Source: Actinomycetota bacterium (lineage in GTDB: Bacteria > Actinomycetota > AC-67). Taken from it: a stretch of DNA of 64,000 bases. Position numbers and translations under genes: made by a program. Below the pieces are notes generated by a model. It was not told where the DNA came from. It did not search any database and worked only from the letters and a program-made list of their open reading frames with translations. The stretch lies in NCBI GenBank assembly GCA_041658565.1, contig JBAZZY010000001.1, forward strand, positions 87,405 through 151,404. Reading direction: 5' to 3'. Below are positions 55,089-64,000 of the stretch, one piece after another; position 1 is the stretch's first letter; every line of letters starts with the position of its first letter.

Positions 55089-57710
55089 CTACAAGGCCCC
55101 GCTGTAGGCGACGACACCGCGGTAGACGGAAGTCGCGGCCGCCTTGCATGCGGTCCGAAACTCCCCCGGCGCCTCGATTTCAGCCAGCTGCCGCAACAGA
55201 TCTACGACCTGTTTCGCCGATCGCACGAAGTCGCCGGCGGTCATTTCACCGAGGTCCAGCACGTCCTCCAGCAACGAACCGGTAGCCCACGCGTGGATCT
55301 GCTCGATGAAACCCGGATCGGGCTCGCGGACGATCTCCAAGTGCTCGGTTTCTTCCGCGTCATGAACGCGTCTATAGAGTCGACCAAGCGCGCGCACCGA
55401 CCGGCGAACGGCGTCGCTGGGGTACGTGGGGCGAGGCACGCCGATTCGAGTCTCGTACACCAGCGTGGAGGCGACGGCGGCAAGCTCGGCTGGTTGCAGC
55501 CCGTCGAACACTCCCGCGTCCAGCGCCTCGCAGACCAGCAAGTCGCTCTCGTTGTAGATCCGCGACAGCCGGTGTCCGGATGTTGTCGAGGAGCCCTCGT
55601 GGAGATACCCGAATCGATCCAACACTGCGATCACCCGTTCGAACGTGCGGGCGAGAGTCTCCGTGCGGGCGCGCACCTTCTTTCGCAAGATCGCGGTCTC
55701 GCGCTCCAACTCTTCGATGCGCTGCATCCATCTCTCGTGCTCGTCGCGATCGGGGCAGGACCACACCGGGTGAGCCCGAAGATCCTCGGCTTGACTGCGC
55801 GCGCGCGCGGGTGCCGACGCTCCGCCGTTGTGCTGCTCCTGCCTCAACGACGAAAGGCGACGCGTGACGGCATCGCGAAACGGGCCGGAACGAGGATCTC
55901 CTTGCGGCAGGCGCATCGTGCTGACGACATCGGGGGCTTCGCGGAAGTCGCGAATGGCAAGGCGAACGATCTTGCCGTCGGCGGTCATCGCAACCGGATG
56001 CGGCTCCCCGCCCTTGCCTCTGCGCACTTCCAGAACGGCGGCGACCCCCGAACGGGGCCCGCGTCGAACACGCACGACGGCACCGGGGCGCAGAGACTCA
56101 AAGGCCGCGCGCACGATCCTGGTCCGGTCGCGCCGGAACTCGTCCTGCGAGGCTCGATCGGCTGCTCGGATCGATCGCGCAAGCGCCCAGTACTCAGCGA
56201 AGTCCCCCGCATCACACGTGACGTGCGTCCGATACCCTTCGAGAAATCGCTCGTTTCGCCCGATGCGACCCACGTGCTGCGAGACGCTTTGGTCCGCCAG
56301 GAACTGCCCAAACGAAAGGTTGAGCAGGCGCGTCGCCTGCGCGACCGTGTTGTAGCGCAGCAAGTTCACAGCCATGTTGTAGGACGGCCTGAAAGACGAC
56401 ACGAGTGGATACGCCGCCGCTTGGGCCAGCGCGGTGATCTTGTCCAGGTGGACGTCGCGCTGAACCAATGTCACCCCGTAACCCACGGGGTCCATACCGC
56501 GCCGTCCTGCCCTGCCGGTGAGTTGCGTGTAGTCGGCGGGGGTCAACAACTCGTGTCGTTCCCCCGTGAACTTCATCAGCCGCTCGATGACCACGGTCTT
56601 CGCCGGCATGTTGATGCCGAGCGACAACGTCTCGGTTGCGAAGACCACCTTGACCAGCGCGCGCTCGAACAACTCCTCGACTGTTTCCTTGAACAGTGGG
56701 ATCAACCCGGCGTGGTGGGCCGCGATTCCGCGCTCCAATCCGTCAGCCCATTCTTCGAAACGAAGCACACCATGGTCCTGCTCGGGAAGGAGCGCCGTGC
56801 GCATCTGGATGTACTCGCGAATACGTTCACGCTCGTCCGCGTCGGTAAGCGTCAGGCCGGCAGCGCGGCACATGTCCACAGCTTGCTCGCATCCGGCCCG
56901 CGAGAAGACGAACGTGATCGCCGGCAGCATTCCCTCCTCGCGAAGGCGCTCGACGACCTCAACTCGATCCGGAATGCGCACCCGCCCGCGCGCAGGAGCA
57001 CTTCCACCGCGGCGCGCACCGCCTCCGTGCCGCTCCGGCTCCCGGAGGCGACGCAGGGCCGGGTTTGAAACCAAGCGGTTGCCCTCGCGAAGAAACATCG
57101 GGTACATCCGCGTGCCTGCCATGTACACATGCTCGATCGGAACGGGACGCCGCTCTTCCACGACGATATCGGTCGGGCCACGCACTGTTCGCAACCATGC
57201 TCCGAATTCGGATGCGTTGGAAACCGTGGCCGACAAAGCCACGATTCGAACCTCACGTGGGAGGTGGATCAGTATCTCCTCCCATGTGGCGCCGCGGTAC
57301 TGGTCCCTCAGGTAGTGCACTTCATCCAGCACGACGACGCCAAGTCCACGCAGCGTCGGTGAATCCTCGTAGATCATGTTGCGCAGCACCTCGGCCGTCA
57401 TCACGACAACCGGCGCCTCGCCGTTGATCGAGTTGTCGCCTGTAAGCAGTCCGACGCTCGGCCCTCCGTGGCGCGCGATGAAGTCCCCGAACTTCTGGTT
57501 GGACAGAGCCTTCAGAGGTGTCGTGTAGAAAGCCTTCTCTTTCCGCCGCAGCGCGAGCCAGATACCGAACTCCCCGACCACGGTCTTCCCGGCCCCCGTC
57601 GGAGCGCACACCAGGACGCTGCGGTCACCGGCCAGGGCGTCACCGGCAGCACGCTGGAAGTCGTCCAGAGGAAATGGACACGTGCGCTCAAATGCGGAGA
57701 GAAGGTCCAT
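55089..57710 (-). CDS. helY: Ski2-like DEAD/DEAH-box ATP-dependent helicase HelY
   Basis: VCAPTGAGKTVV (motif I), VLDEVHYL (motif II), SAT, and C-terminal Ski2 arch/DSHCT-like region. 873 aa, positioned upstream of tatC as in mycobacteria. Confidence 0.9.
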   Translation of the reverse strand: MDLLSAFERTCPFPLDDFQRAAGDALAGDRSVLVCAPTGAGKTVVGEFGIWLALRRKEKAFYTTPLKALSNQKFGDFIARHGGPSVGLLTGDNSINGEAPVVVMTAEVLRNMIYEDSPTLRGLGVVVLDEVHYLRDQYRGATWEEILIHLPREVRIVALSATVSNASEFGAWLRTVRGPTDIVVEERRPVPIEHVYMAGTRMYPMFLREGNRLVSNPALRRLREPERHGGGARRGGSAPARGRVRIPDRVEVVERLREEGMLPAITFVFSRAGCEQAVDMCRAAGLTLTDADERERIREYIQMRTALLPEQDHGVLRFEEWADGLERGIAAHHAGLIPLFKETVEELFERALVKVVFATETLSLGINMPAKTVVIERLMKFTGERHELLTPADYTQLTGRAGRRGMDPVGYGVTLVQRDVHLDKITALAQAAAYPLVSSFRPSYNMAVNLLRYNTVAQATRLLNLSFGQFLADQSVSQHVGRIGRNERFLEGYRTHVTCDAGDFAEYWALARSIRAADRASQDEFRRDRTRIVRAAFESLRPGAVVRVRRGPRSGVAAVLEVRRGKGGEPHPVAMTADGKIVRLAIRDFREAPDVVSTMRLPQGDPRSGPFRDAVTRRLSSLRQEQHNGGASAPARARSQAEDLRAHPVWSCPDRDEHERWMQRIEELERETAILRKKVRARTETLARTFERVIAVLDRFGYLHEGSSTTSGHRLSRIYNESDLLVCEALDAGVFDGLQPAELAAVASTLVYETRIGVPRPTYPSDAVRRSVRALGRLYRRVHDAEETEHLEIVREPDPGFIEQIHAWATGSLLEDVLDLGEMTAGDFVRSAKQVVDLLRQLAEIEAPGEFRTACKAAATSVYRGVVAYSGAL

Positions 57711-57713
57711 CGG

Positions 57714-58439
57714 TTACTTCTTCAGGCCGAAACGGATCACTAGTATCGAGGCCTCGTACAACACGTACAGCGGAACCGCCATCACCGTCTGGCTCAGCGG
57801 ATCCCCCGAGGGAGTCGCCACGGCCGCGACGACGAAGGCAATGAAGAACGCCGCGCGCCGGGCCTTTCGCAACTGGCGCGACGTCAAGATGTCCGCCATC
57901 GCGAGAAAGACCAACACGAGCGGGAACTCGAAAGTCGCGCCGAATGCAAGGATCATCAGAAACACGAACGACAGGTACTCCGTCAGGTGAATCAACGGTT
58001 GCGCCGGAGAAACAAACCCGAGCAAGAACTTGATGCCCAGCGGCAGGATGAGGAACGCGACGTAGGCGCCAAGCGCGAACAACGCCAGCGCGGACAGGAC
58101 AAAGGGAACGGCGAACTTGCGCTCACGGGGCTCCAGGCCCGGCGTGATGAAACGCCAGAACTGATAAAGGATGACCGGCAACGCAAAGATCAAGCCGGCA
58201 AACGCGCTTGCCTTGATGCGGATGATGAAACCGGTGGCGATACCGGTCACGTACAGATCGAGTTCGCCGCGAACTTCGGACCCGACCGCTCCGTTGCGCA
58301 CAGCCTCATCGAGAGGGGCCTTGAGAAACTGAAGCACCGGCTTGTAGACCACGTACGCGATGATGGATCCGACGACGAACGCGACGATGCTAATGACCAG
58401 TCGATAGCGAAGTTCGTCAAGATGCTCGATGACGGTCAT
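57714..58439 (-). CDS. tatC: Twin-arginine translocase subunit TatC
   Basis: MTVIEHLDELRYRL N-terminus and 6 TM helices. ATG at 58439; the longer ORF extends to 58478. Confidence 0.9.
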   Translation of the reverse strand: MTVIEHLDELRYRLVISIVAFVVGSIIAYVVYKPVLQFLKAPLDEAVRNGAVGSEVRGELDLYVTGIATGFIIRIKASAFAGLIFALPVILYQFWRFITPGLEPRERKFAVPFVLSALALFALGAYVAFLILPLGIKFLLGFVSPAQPLIHLTEYLSFVFLMILAFGATFEFPLVLVFLAMADILTSRQLRKARRAAFFIAFVVAAVATPSGDPLSQTVMAVPLYVLYEASILVIRFGLKK

Positions 58440-58499
58440 CCGACCGTCCCGAGCCTTTCTGCGCAGCCGCAGCCTCAAGTCGAGTGGGGTCCGGTCGGC

Positions 58500-58772
58500 C
58501 TACGAACCGGGCGAGTTGTTGCCGTCGTCCTGCCTTGCCGGCGGTGGAGTGGTTTGCGACGTCTTCGCATCAGGGGCCGACTTCCCATCGCCTTCCAGCC
58601 CGCTCTTGACATCATCCGCGAGTCCCTTGGTGGCATCCCGGAACTCCCTAATGCCCTTGCCCAGGCCCTTCCCGATCTCCGGCAAGCGCTTCGCGCCGAA
58701 CAGCAGAAGAGCAAGGAGGAGAACGACAATGATCTCCTGCGGGCCAACATCGAGGGCCAAGATGCTTCTCAT
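58500..58772 (-). CDS. tatA: Twin-arginine translocase subunit TatA
   Basis: TM helix plus [22 protein letters not shown] amphipathic-helix motif. N-terminus may start at an internal GTG (VGPQEII...). Confidence 0.85.
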   Translation of the reverse strand: MRSILALDVGPQEIIVVLLLALLLFGAKRLPEIGKGLGKGIREFRDATKGLADDVKSGLEGDGKSAPDAKTSQTTPPPARQDDGNNSPGS

Positions 58773-59089
58773 CCGATCTTCCTTCCGTTCGCGGGACCCT
58801 GTGTCGCCAGCAGTTCAGATGTTACACCTTGGGTAGGAGTTGGAGGCCGGCGGTGCCGGCCGCGACGTTCCCTCCCGATTCGCTCGATCTTCGTCTCCGC
58901 TTGGTCCATCTCGCGACGAACGACCGCTAGACCGCTGCGGAGGTCGGCGTCGGTACGTGCGGCGTGGGAGGCGAGATCTCTCGCGGCGCGCGCCAGTCCG
59001 AGCGCATAGGTCGCCACGACAAGGGCGCCGAAAACAAGCAGGGCCGCGAGGAACGCGATGCCGGCGGTTGCAAGGGCGAAGGTGTGCAT
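58769..59089 (-). CDS. Small membrane protein, hypothetical
   Basis: N-terminal TM helix ([20 protein letters not shown]) followed by a charged helical region; overlaps the tatA start by 4 nt. Confidence 0.4.
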   Translation of the reverse strand: MHTFALATAGIAFLAALLVFGALVVATYALGLARAARDLASHAARTDADLRSGLAVVRREMDQAETKIERIGRERRGRHRRPPTPTQGVTSELLATQGPANGRKIG

Positions 59090-59122
59090 GTCGGCGCCAG
59101 TCTACTGCGCCGGATGCGCAGG

Positions 59123-59461
59123 CTACGCGCTGACTTCGAGGAAGTGGTTGAACCAGTTCGGCTCTTGCAGCAGCAGGTGAAAGTCGAGCAGGTCGTCGAG
59201 CGTGATCGGCGGTCCCTGGAACCGGGGGTGATCCTCGCCCGGCAAGTCCCACACCGTCGCCGCGACGCCTCCGGAGATCAGCAACTGCACGACGCGATCG
59301 TCTGCGGGCTTCTGGACTTCCTCAGAGCACAACGGGCAATCGAACTGGTAGTACGAAGCGGCGGCCTGCGTGCAAACCATGAGAAGTATGTCGTCGGGCG
59401 TCAGCTCGACCTCTCCACACGTGGGGCACGTTGCCCTGATAGTTGTCACGTCCGCCTCCAT
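59123..59461 (-). CDS. Small zinc-ribbon protein (CPTCG...CPLC), hypothetical
   Basis: ATG verified at 59461–59459 (MEADVTTIRATCPTCGEVEL...FDCPLCSEEV), 112 aa. The six-frame ORF extends upstream to 59644, but that region is Arg/Pro-rich. Confidence 0.5.
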   Translation of the reverse strand: MEADVTTIRATCPTCGEVELTPDDILLMVCTQAAASYYQFDCPLCSEEVQKPADDRVVQLLISGGVAATVWDLPGEDHPRFQGPPITLDDLLDFHLLLQEPNWFNHFLEVSA

Positions 59462-59724
59462 GCCTATCGTCTTGCTTGACCCGAGTATCGGCATCAGCGG
59501 GTGCCGCTTTAACTGATTTCCCGCGAACTGCCGCCTTCTCCCGTACAAACGACGACGCCCTTCAGCGGTTCGCCCGTGCAGGGGTCCGACCAGGGGATCA
59601 ATCGGACGCAGCGGCGCGCTCGGGCACAGTTCGCGGAGGGCCAAGATCGGGACAGGTCCGGCATCACGGGCCTATACCCGCACCCGCCGCGCGCCGATGT
59701 TTGTTGAAGGAAGAAGGGAGCTTG

Positions 59725-60732
59725 GTGCGGATCCAGAGCGAACTCACGCGTGCACGTGGGCATCTCAGACTCGTCACATTCGTCGTCATCGGATTGCTGG
59801 GCGGTGCGGTCGCATTCCTAGCCGCCGGCAGCGCGGCCGGGTCGCCGACCACCCCATTGCTGCTGGGCGCAGCTCTCGGCGTCGCGCTGTCCGCGTTCAT
59901 GTTGTACGTCGCGGCGACCGAGCGCGCGCTTGCCGACGCGAACCAACGCGCGACACGCGAGCAGCTTGAAACCGAGCGACTGATGCTGCGATTCGAGGCA
60001 GACCGCGAACGCGAAGCCGCACAGCGGGACTTCGTGTCGATCGCAGCGCATGAACTGCGCGCGCCGGTGACGGCGATCAAGGGCTATGCCCGCACGCTCG
60101 CAACGAAGGCCGACCGCATCACGCCCGAGCGCCGGACTGAGTTCTTGGGCATGGTCAACGATCAGTCCGAGCGCCTCGCGCACCTCGTCGACGATCTGCT
60201 CAGGGTGTCGCGCATCGACGCGGGTCGAATTTCGCTTTCCCCCAGCGACATCGACCTCGCCGGGCTCGCCGAGGATGTGCGCGACCAATTCGGCGGGAAG
60301 TGGGAGGGACGCCGGATCGACATCGTCGGCGATCCGGAAACGCTGGTGCACGCCGATCGGAACAAGACCGAAGAGATCCTCATTAACCTCATCGACAACG
60401 CCGTTAAGTACTCGCCCGAGAGCGCGCCTGTTCGGATCTCTGTCCGCCGTGCCGGATCGATGGTGGAAGTCTCCGTGCGTGACGAGGGATGCGGAGTTGG
60501 TCCCGACGACTTGAAGAAGCTGTTCCACCGATTCGTCCGCCTGCCCGCAACAGCCTCCTCCACTCAGGGCACCGGTCTTGGGCTGTACATCGTCAAGGCA
60601 TTCGTGGAAGCGCACGGCGGCAACATTTGCGCGCGGAGCACTCCAGGCGAGGGATCAACATTCACCTTCAGCCTGCCGGCCGCGAACAGCGCCGCCGGCG
60701 ATTCCGGAACTCAGTCGTCGCGCGCCTCGTAG
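59725..60732 (+). CDS. Sensor histidine kinase (2 TM, HisKA + HATPase_c), no adjacent response regulator
   Basis: H-box FVSIAAHELRAPVTAIKGY; N/G1/G2 boxes (INLIDNAVKY, RDEGCGVG, GTGLGLYIVKAFVEAHGG). GTG 59725 preceded by GAAGGAAGAAGGGAG. Confidence 0.85.
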   Translation: MRIQSELTRARGHLRLVTFVVIGLLGGAVAFLAAGSAAGSPTTPLLLGAALGVALSAFMLYVAATERALADANQRATREQLETERLMLRFEADREREAAQRDFVSIAAHELRAPVTAIKGYARTLATKADRITPERRTEFLGMVNDQSERLAHLVDDLLRVSRIDAGRISLSPSDIDLAGLAEDVRDQFGGKWEGRRIDIVGDPETLVHADRNKTEEILINLIDNAVKYSPESAPVRISVRRAGSMVEVSVRDEGCGVGPDDLKKLFHRFVRLPATASSTQGTGLGLYIVKAFVEAHGGNICARSTPGEGSTFTFSLPAANSAAGDSGTQSSRAS

Positions 60733-61697
60733 CGAGCGAGCCCTCGCCGCGCCGCTTCACGCACCTGCTCGGCGAATATAGGCGGCTCGACCGCGCGCGC
60801 TGTCGGTCCCGCGGCGAGCAGTAAACGCACCAGCCACGCGAAGTGCGACGTGCGGATGCGCATTCGAGCCCATCCCTCAGAGGGTGCCGGCGCGGCCTCG
60901 TGGGGTATCGCCTCCAGTAGCCACCCCGCGTCCGGACCGACGTCGACAATTACAGTGCAATCATGCGGCGACGGCGTGAACAGCGGAGCCGCCGCATACT
61001 GCGCGGAGTTGAAGTGCGCGGGCATGGTGAAAGTCGCGTCCGTTCGCGCTGCGTCCCGGATACGGTCGACACGGAACGTCCGCTCTTCTCCGCTGTGATG
61101 ATCGAAGGCCACCAGATACCAAGCACCGGCGGCAGCCAGCAGCAAGAGAGGGTCGATCTCCCGTTCGGTCATCTCGGAACGCCCGCGCGAGAAGTAGCGA
61201 ATTCGGAGGCGCCTTCGCTCGTCGATGGCGACACGAAGATCGCCAAGGAGATCGAGGCCGGCCGTCGCCAGGTCAACCTCAATCCGCGAGGCCGCCTCGC
61301 GCACATCGTCTACGTCGCCGGGAACGATCGCCCGCTCCAACTTCTTAAGCGCCCCGCGCAGGGATTCCGCCTCCTCGAATCCAGGTAGCGCGGTGATCGC
61401 GCGTCCTGCGACCAAAAGCCCGATGGCTTCGGCTCGCGTAAGCCGGGGCGGCGACGACAGGTAGTCGGCCATCTGCACGACAACCTGATCCTCCTGGACG
61501 AAGGCCACAATGAGATCTCCGGGGCCGAAAGGAGGTACGCCGCATACGAAGAGCATTTCGAGGTCTGCGACGAGATCGCCCCGCTTCATCCCGAAGCGCT
61601 CGCACACCTCATCTACCGTGCACCCGGGGTGCGTCATTACCCACGGCACGAGAACCAGAATCCGCCGCAGGCGCTCAACCGTCCGCTCCGCAGGCAT
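60711..61697 (-). CDS. pafC: WYL-domain transcriptional regulator PafC-like
   Basis: N-terminal wHTH (LRRILVLVPWV), central WYL domain (GAWYLVAFDH), C-terminal domain; second of a tandem pair. Confidence 0.75.
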   Translation of the reverse strand: MPAERTVERLRRILVLVPWVMTHPGCTVDEVCERFGMKRGDLVADLEMLFVCGVPPFGPGDLIVAFVQEDQVVVQMADYLSSPPRLTRAEAIGLLVAGRAITALPGFEEAESLRGALKKLERAIVPGDVDDVREAASRIEVDLATAGLDLLGDLRVAIDERRRLRIRYFSRGRSEMTEREIDPLLLLAAAGAWYLVAFDHHSGEERTFRVDRIRDAARTDATFTMPAHFNSAQYAAAPLFTPSPHDCTVIVDVGPDAGWLLEAIPHEAAPAPSEGWARMRIRTSHFAWLVRLLLAAGPTARAVEPPIFAEQVREAARRGLARYEARDD

Positions 61698-61699
61698 CT

Positions 61700-62638
61700 C
61701 TAGGACCCCGCCAGCGCGCGCAAGCGGCGTATGACGGCCTCACGCAGCTCGACCGGCTCGAGCGCCACCGCATCGTCGGCAAAACCTGCGAGCCATCCGG
61801 CGAACGAATCGACGTCTGCCATGGGAATCACCAGCTCGACCCAACCGTCCTCGGTGTCCGCGACTCTGCGCGCGCCGGTTGTGCGCTCGACCCACCAGGC
61901 CGAGTTCGGCCCAAACGCGACGCGTGCTTCTGCGACGACCGCACCTTCCCACGGCCCGCGAGGGACACCCAGGCGGGGAGGCTCCGGACGCTCGAAATCT
62001 GAGTCCTTCCCCGCAGCAACTTCCACGGCTCCGTCGACCCGGGACAGTTTGAAGTTGCGCGCAGCCTCGCGCTCTCGGTCGTATCCGACGAGGTACCACC
62101 CACCTCGGTGATATAGCCCATGAGGTTCAACGACACGTAGTCGCGAATCGACGGCGCCACCGGTGTGGTATCGAAACGTCACACGCTTGCGGCGCGCGAC
62201 GGCGTCCAGCAGAACGGCAACGTCGGCATCAACCGGAACCCTCGGCATCGTCCAACCGGCCGGCCCCGGACCTTGCACGCCTGCGCCCGCAGAGAGCTTG
62301 AGCATGCCCATCGATCCCTCAGCGCCGGTCGTCTCCCACACCTGCGCTGCGAGGGAAAGCGCCGTCATTTCGTCGGGCGTGAGCCCGAGGTCGCCCAGCA
62401 GCGATTGATCCTTGCTGATCCCGTAGCGAACGTCGACGCCCCAGACATCATCCTCCTGCTCAAGCACAAACCCGAGTTCGCGGATTTCGTTCTTGTCGCG
62501 CTCGAACATCCGGTGGAAGGTGTCGTCGGACTGCGTCTCGTAGCCGGGGATACGATTGCGGATCTCCTCGGCGGTGAGCGCGCGTCGAGAGTCGAGTAAG
62601 AGCGCGACGAGATTCAACAAGCGTTCGGTCTTGCTCAT
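61700..62638 (-). CDS. pafB: WYL-domain transcriptional regulator PafB-like
   Basis: MSKTERLLNLVALLLDSRRALTAEEI wHTH; WYL domain (GGWYLVGYDRE). Confidence 0.75.
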   Translation of the reverse strand: MSKTERLLNLVALLLDSRRALTAEEIRNRIPGYETQSDDTFHRMFERDKNEIRELGFVLEQEDDVWGVDVRYGISKDQSLLGDLGLTPDEMTALSLAAQVWETTGAEGSMGMLKLSAGAGVQGPGPAGWTMPRVPVDADVAVLLDAVARRKRVTFRYHTGGAVDSRLRVVEPHGLYHRGGWYLVGYDREREAARNFKLSRVDGAVEVAAGKDSDFERPEPPRLGVPRGPWEGAVVAEARVAFGPNSAWWVERTTGARRVADTEDGWVELVIPMADVDSFAGWLAGFADDAVALEPVELREAVIRRLRALAGS

Positions 62639-62679
62639 GGGGTTCTCATAAACCTGCCGCGAACGGGTAGCCTTGTCGC

Positions 62680-63732
62680 ATGATACGACTACGACGCGGA
62701 ACGGTGATCGAGGCGCGGCCGACCCGCCGCGATCTCGTCGATCTCGTTGTCGAGATAGACGGCGCCCGTGAACGCGCGGTTGCTTACCCCTCGCTCACGG
62801 GCGACGTTCGCGCCGGACAGACCGTGATCTGCAACACCACGGCGGTCGCGCTTGGGCTCGGTACCGGAGGCGTGCACTTCGTTGTAGCCGTCGAAGGCGC
62901 CGAAAGTGACCTCAGTAAGCCCTCGGGACACGCTATGAAGCTGCGCTACACGCCGGTACAGACCTCGGTCGACGCGGTCGAGGAAACCCACCGTGAGGCG
63001 ATCGACGCAGTCGAGTCGCTGGAGGGGTTGCCGGTTGTCGTAGCCGGACTGCACAGTGCACTTGCCCCTGCGGCAATTGCTGCGCACGCCGTCGCGCCCG
63101 ACGCGCGCCTCACCTACGTCATGACCGACACAGGAGCCCTACATGCAGCCTTCAGCCGCACGCTCGCCGGACTTCGCGATGCCGGACTGATCGACGCGAC
63201 GATCACCACCGGCCAGGCCACCGGCGGCGACTACGAGGCCGTCACGATCTACGGGGCGCTGGCCGCCGCAAAGGCCGTGGCGCGCGCCGACATCGTGATC
63301 GTGGCCATGGGTCCGGGGAACCTGGGGACCGGCAGCCGATGGGGGTTCGCACTCTTGGAGACCGCCGGCATCGCCGACGCCGTGGCTGCGATGGGAGGCC
63401 GCCCAATCATCGCGCCGAGGATGTCGTTCGCTGATCCCAGAGAGCGACATCGCGGGGTTTCTCACCACACGCTGACGGCCCTTTCGGTGACCCATGCCGT
63501 TGTCGACGTTGCGCTCCCTCACCCGCTCGTCGCAGAACGGTACGAGATCGTCCACTCTCAACTCGCGGAGAGCCACCATCGAATCCTCGACGTGCCGCTC
63601 GGTCCTGCCGAGGAAGCGCTGAGTTCGTCCCCCGTTCCGTTGCGTTCGATGGGGCGCGGGTTCGCCGACGATCCCGACTACTTCCGCTCCCCCGCCGCCG
63701 CCGCCGTCCTCGCCGTCGAAGCCCCGCGCTGA
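62680..63732 (+). CDS. Conserved hypothetical protein (possibly DUF3866 family)
   Basis: 350-aa Ala/Gly-rich α/β-looking protein (…VVAGLHSALAPAAIAAHA…IVIVAMGPGNLGTGS…) with clean codon structure; overlapping minus-strand ORFs are junk. Confidence 0.5.
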   Translation: MIRLRRGTVIEARPTRRDLVDLVVEIDGARERAVAYPSLTGDVRAGQTVICNTTAVALGLGTGGVHFVVAVEGAESDLSKPSGHAMKLRYTPVQTSVDAVEETHREAIDAVESLEGLPVVVAGLHSALAPAAIAAHAVAPDARLTYVMTDTGALHAAFSRTLAGLRDAGLIDATITTGQATGGDYEAVTIYGALAAAKAVARADIVIVAMGPGNLGTGSRWGFALLETAGIADAVAAMGGRPIIAPRMSFADPRERHRGVSHHTLTALSVTHAVVDVALPHPLVAERYEIVHSQLAESHHRILDVPLGPAEEALSSSPVPLRSMGRGFADDPDYFRSPAAAAVLAVEAPR

Positions 63733-63749
63733 CCGCCCTGCGTCGTCGG

Positions 63750-64000
63750 CTACATCGATGCGATCAAGCGCTCCACCCGCTCATCGTGCGCCTTGAACGG
63801 ATCCTTGCACAGCACCGTGCGCTGAGCTTGGTCGTTGAGCTTCAAGTGCACCCAGTCGACGGTGAAGTCACGTCGGCGCTCCTTGGCCTTACGGATGAAC
63901 TCACCGCGCAGGCGCGCGCGCGTCGTCTGGGGAGGCTCGTCCATTGCCCGCACCGCATCCTGCTCGTCGATGACCCGGACCATCTTGCCGCGGCGCTCCA
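63750..64000 (-). CDS. pafA: C-terminal fragment of a Pup ligase/deamidase family protein (PafA- or Dop-like); gene continues beyond window end
   Basis: C-terminus ...[35 protein letters not shown] resembles PafA/Dop C-termini, and pafB/pafC lie downstream on the same strand. Confidence 0.5.
   Translation of the reverse strand, partial: ERRGKMVRVIDEQDAVRAMDEPPQTTRARLRGEFIRKAKERRRDFTVDWVHLKLNDQAQRTVLCKDPFKAHDERVERLIASM

Noticed and set aside
54879-57068. 729-aa plus-strand ORF
   Set aside because: Antisense to helY, which carries all helicase motifs.

Overview
High-GC (~68–70%) bacterial chromosomal segment, almost certainly from an actinobacterium. Gene order matches conserved mycobacterial/corynebacterial neighbourhoods: HAD–tlyA–nadK–steA–steB; pyrG–xerD–parA–scpA–scpB–rluB–cmk–der; DUF881–sbp–DUF881–gcvH–FHA–MerR; ppm1/lnt; helY–tatC–tatA–pafBC–pafA. 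The window starts inside a 23S rRNA gene (3' ~1.95 kb), followed by 5S rRNA and a terminator hairpin. Immediately downstream of that hairpin sits a class-C-like group II intron carrying an intact reverse-transcriptase/maturase ORF. The rest is densely packed, mostly translationally coupled housekeeping genes, including the aromatic amino-acid genes aroH–tyrA–aroA, one tRNA-Pro(GGG), split glycine decarboxylase gcvPA/gcvPB, acyl-CoA dehydrogenase, a DAG-kinase-family lipid kinase and an orphan histidine kinase. The most unusual feature is an archaeal-type four-gene DNA-end-processing operon: a NurA-like nuclease, a HerA-like HAS-barrel ATPase with a non-canonical P-loop, and Mre11/SbcD plus Rad50/SbcC, all start/stop overlapped. 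Other notable observations: tlyA is split by a −1 frame change between its S4 and methyltransferase domains. recN is absent from its conserved slot between nadK and steA. A near-perfect ~320-bp tandem repeat encodes a disordered Arg/Pro/Gly-rich N-terminal extension of RluB. A ~260-bp AT-rich intergenic island between tyrA and aroA carries a perfect 14-bp hairpin and three GTCGAC palindromes. Several domain fusions are present (HAD+GNAT; sugar nucleotidyltransferase+phosphohexomutase). No CRISPR array, prophage or IS element other than the intron was seen. Many long ORFs in the six-frame track are antisense or alternate-frame artefacts of the high GC content and are not reported as genes.
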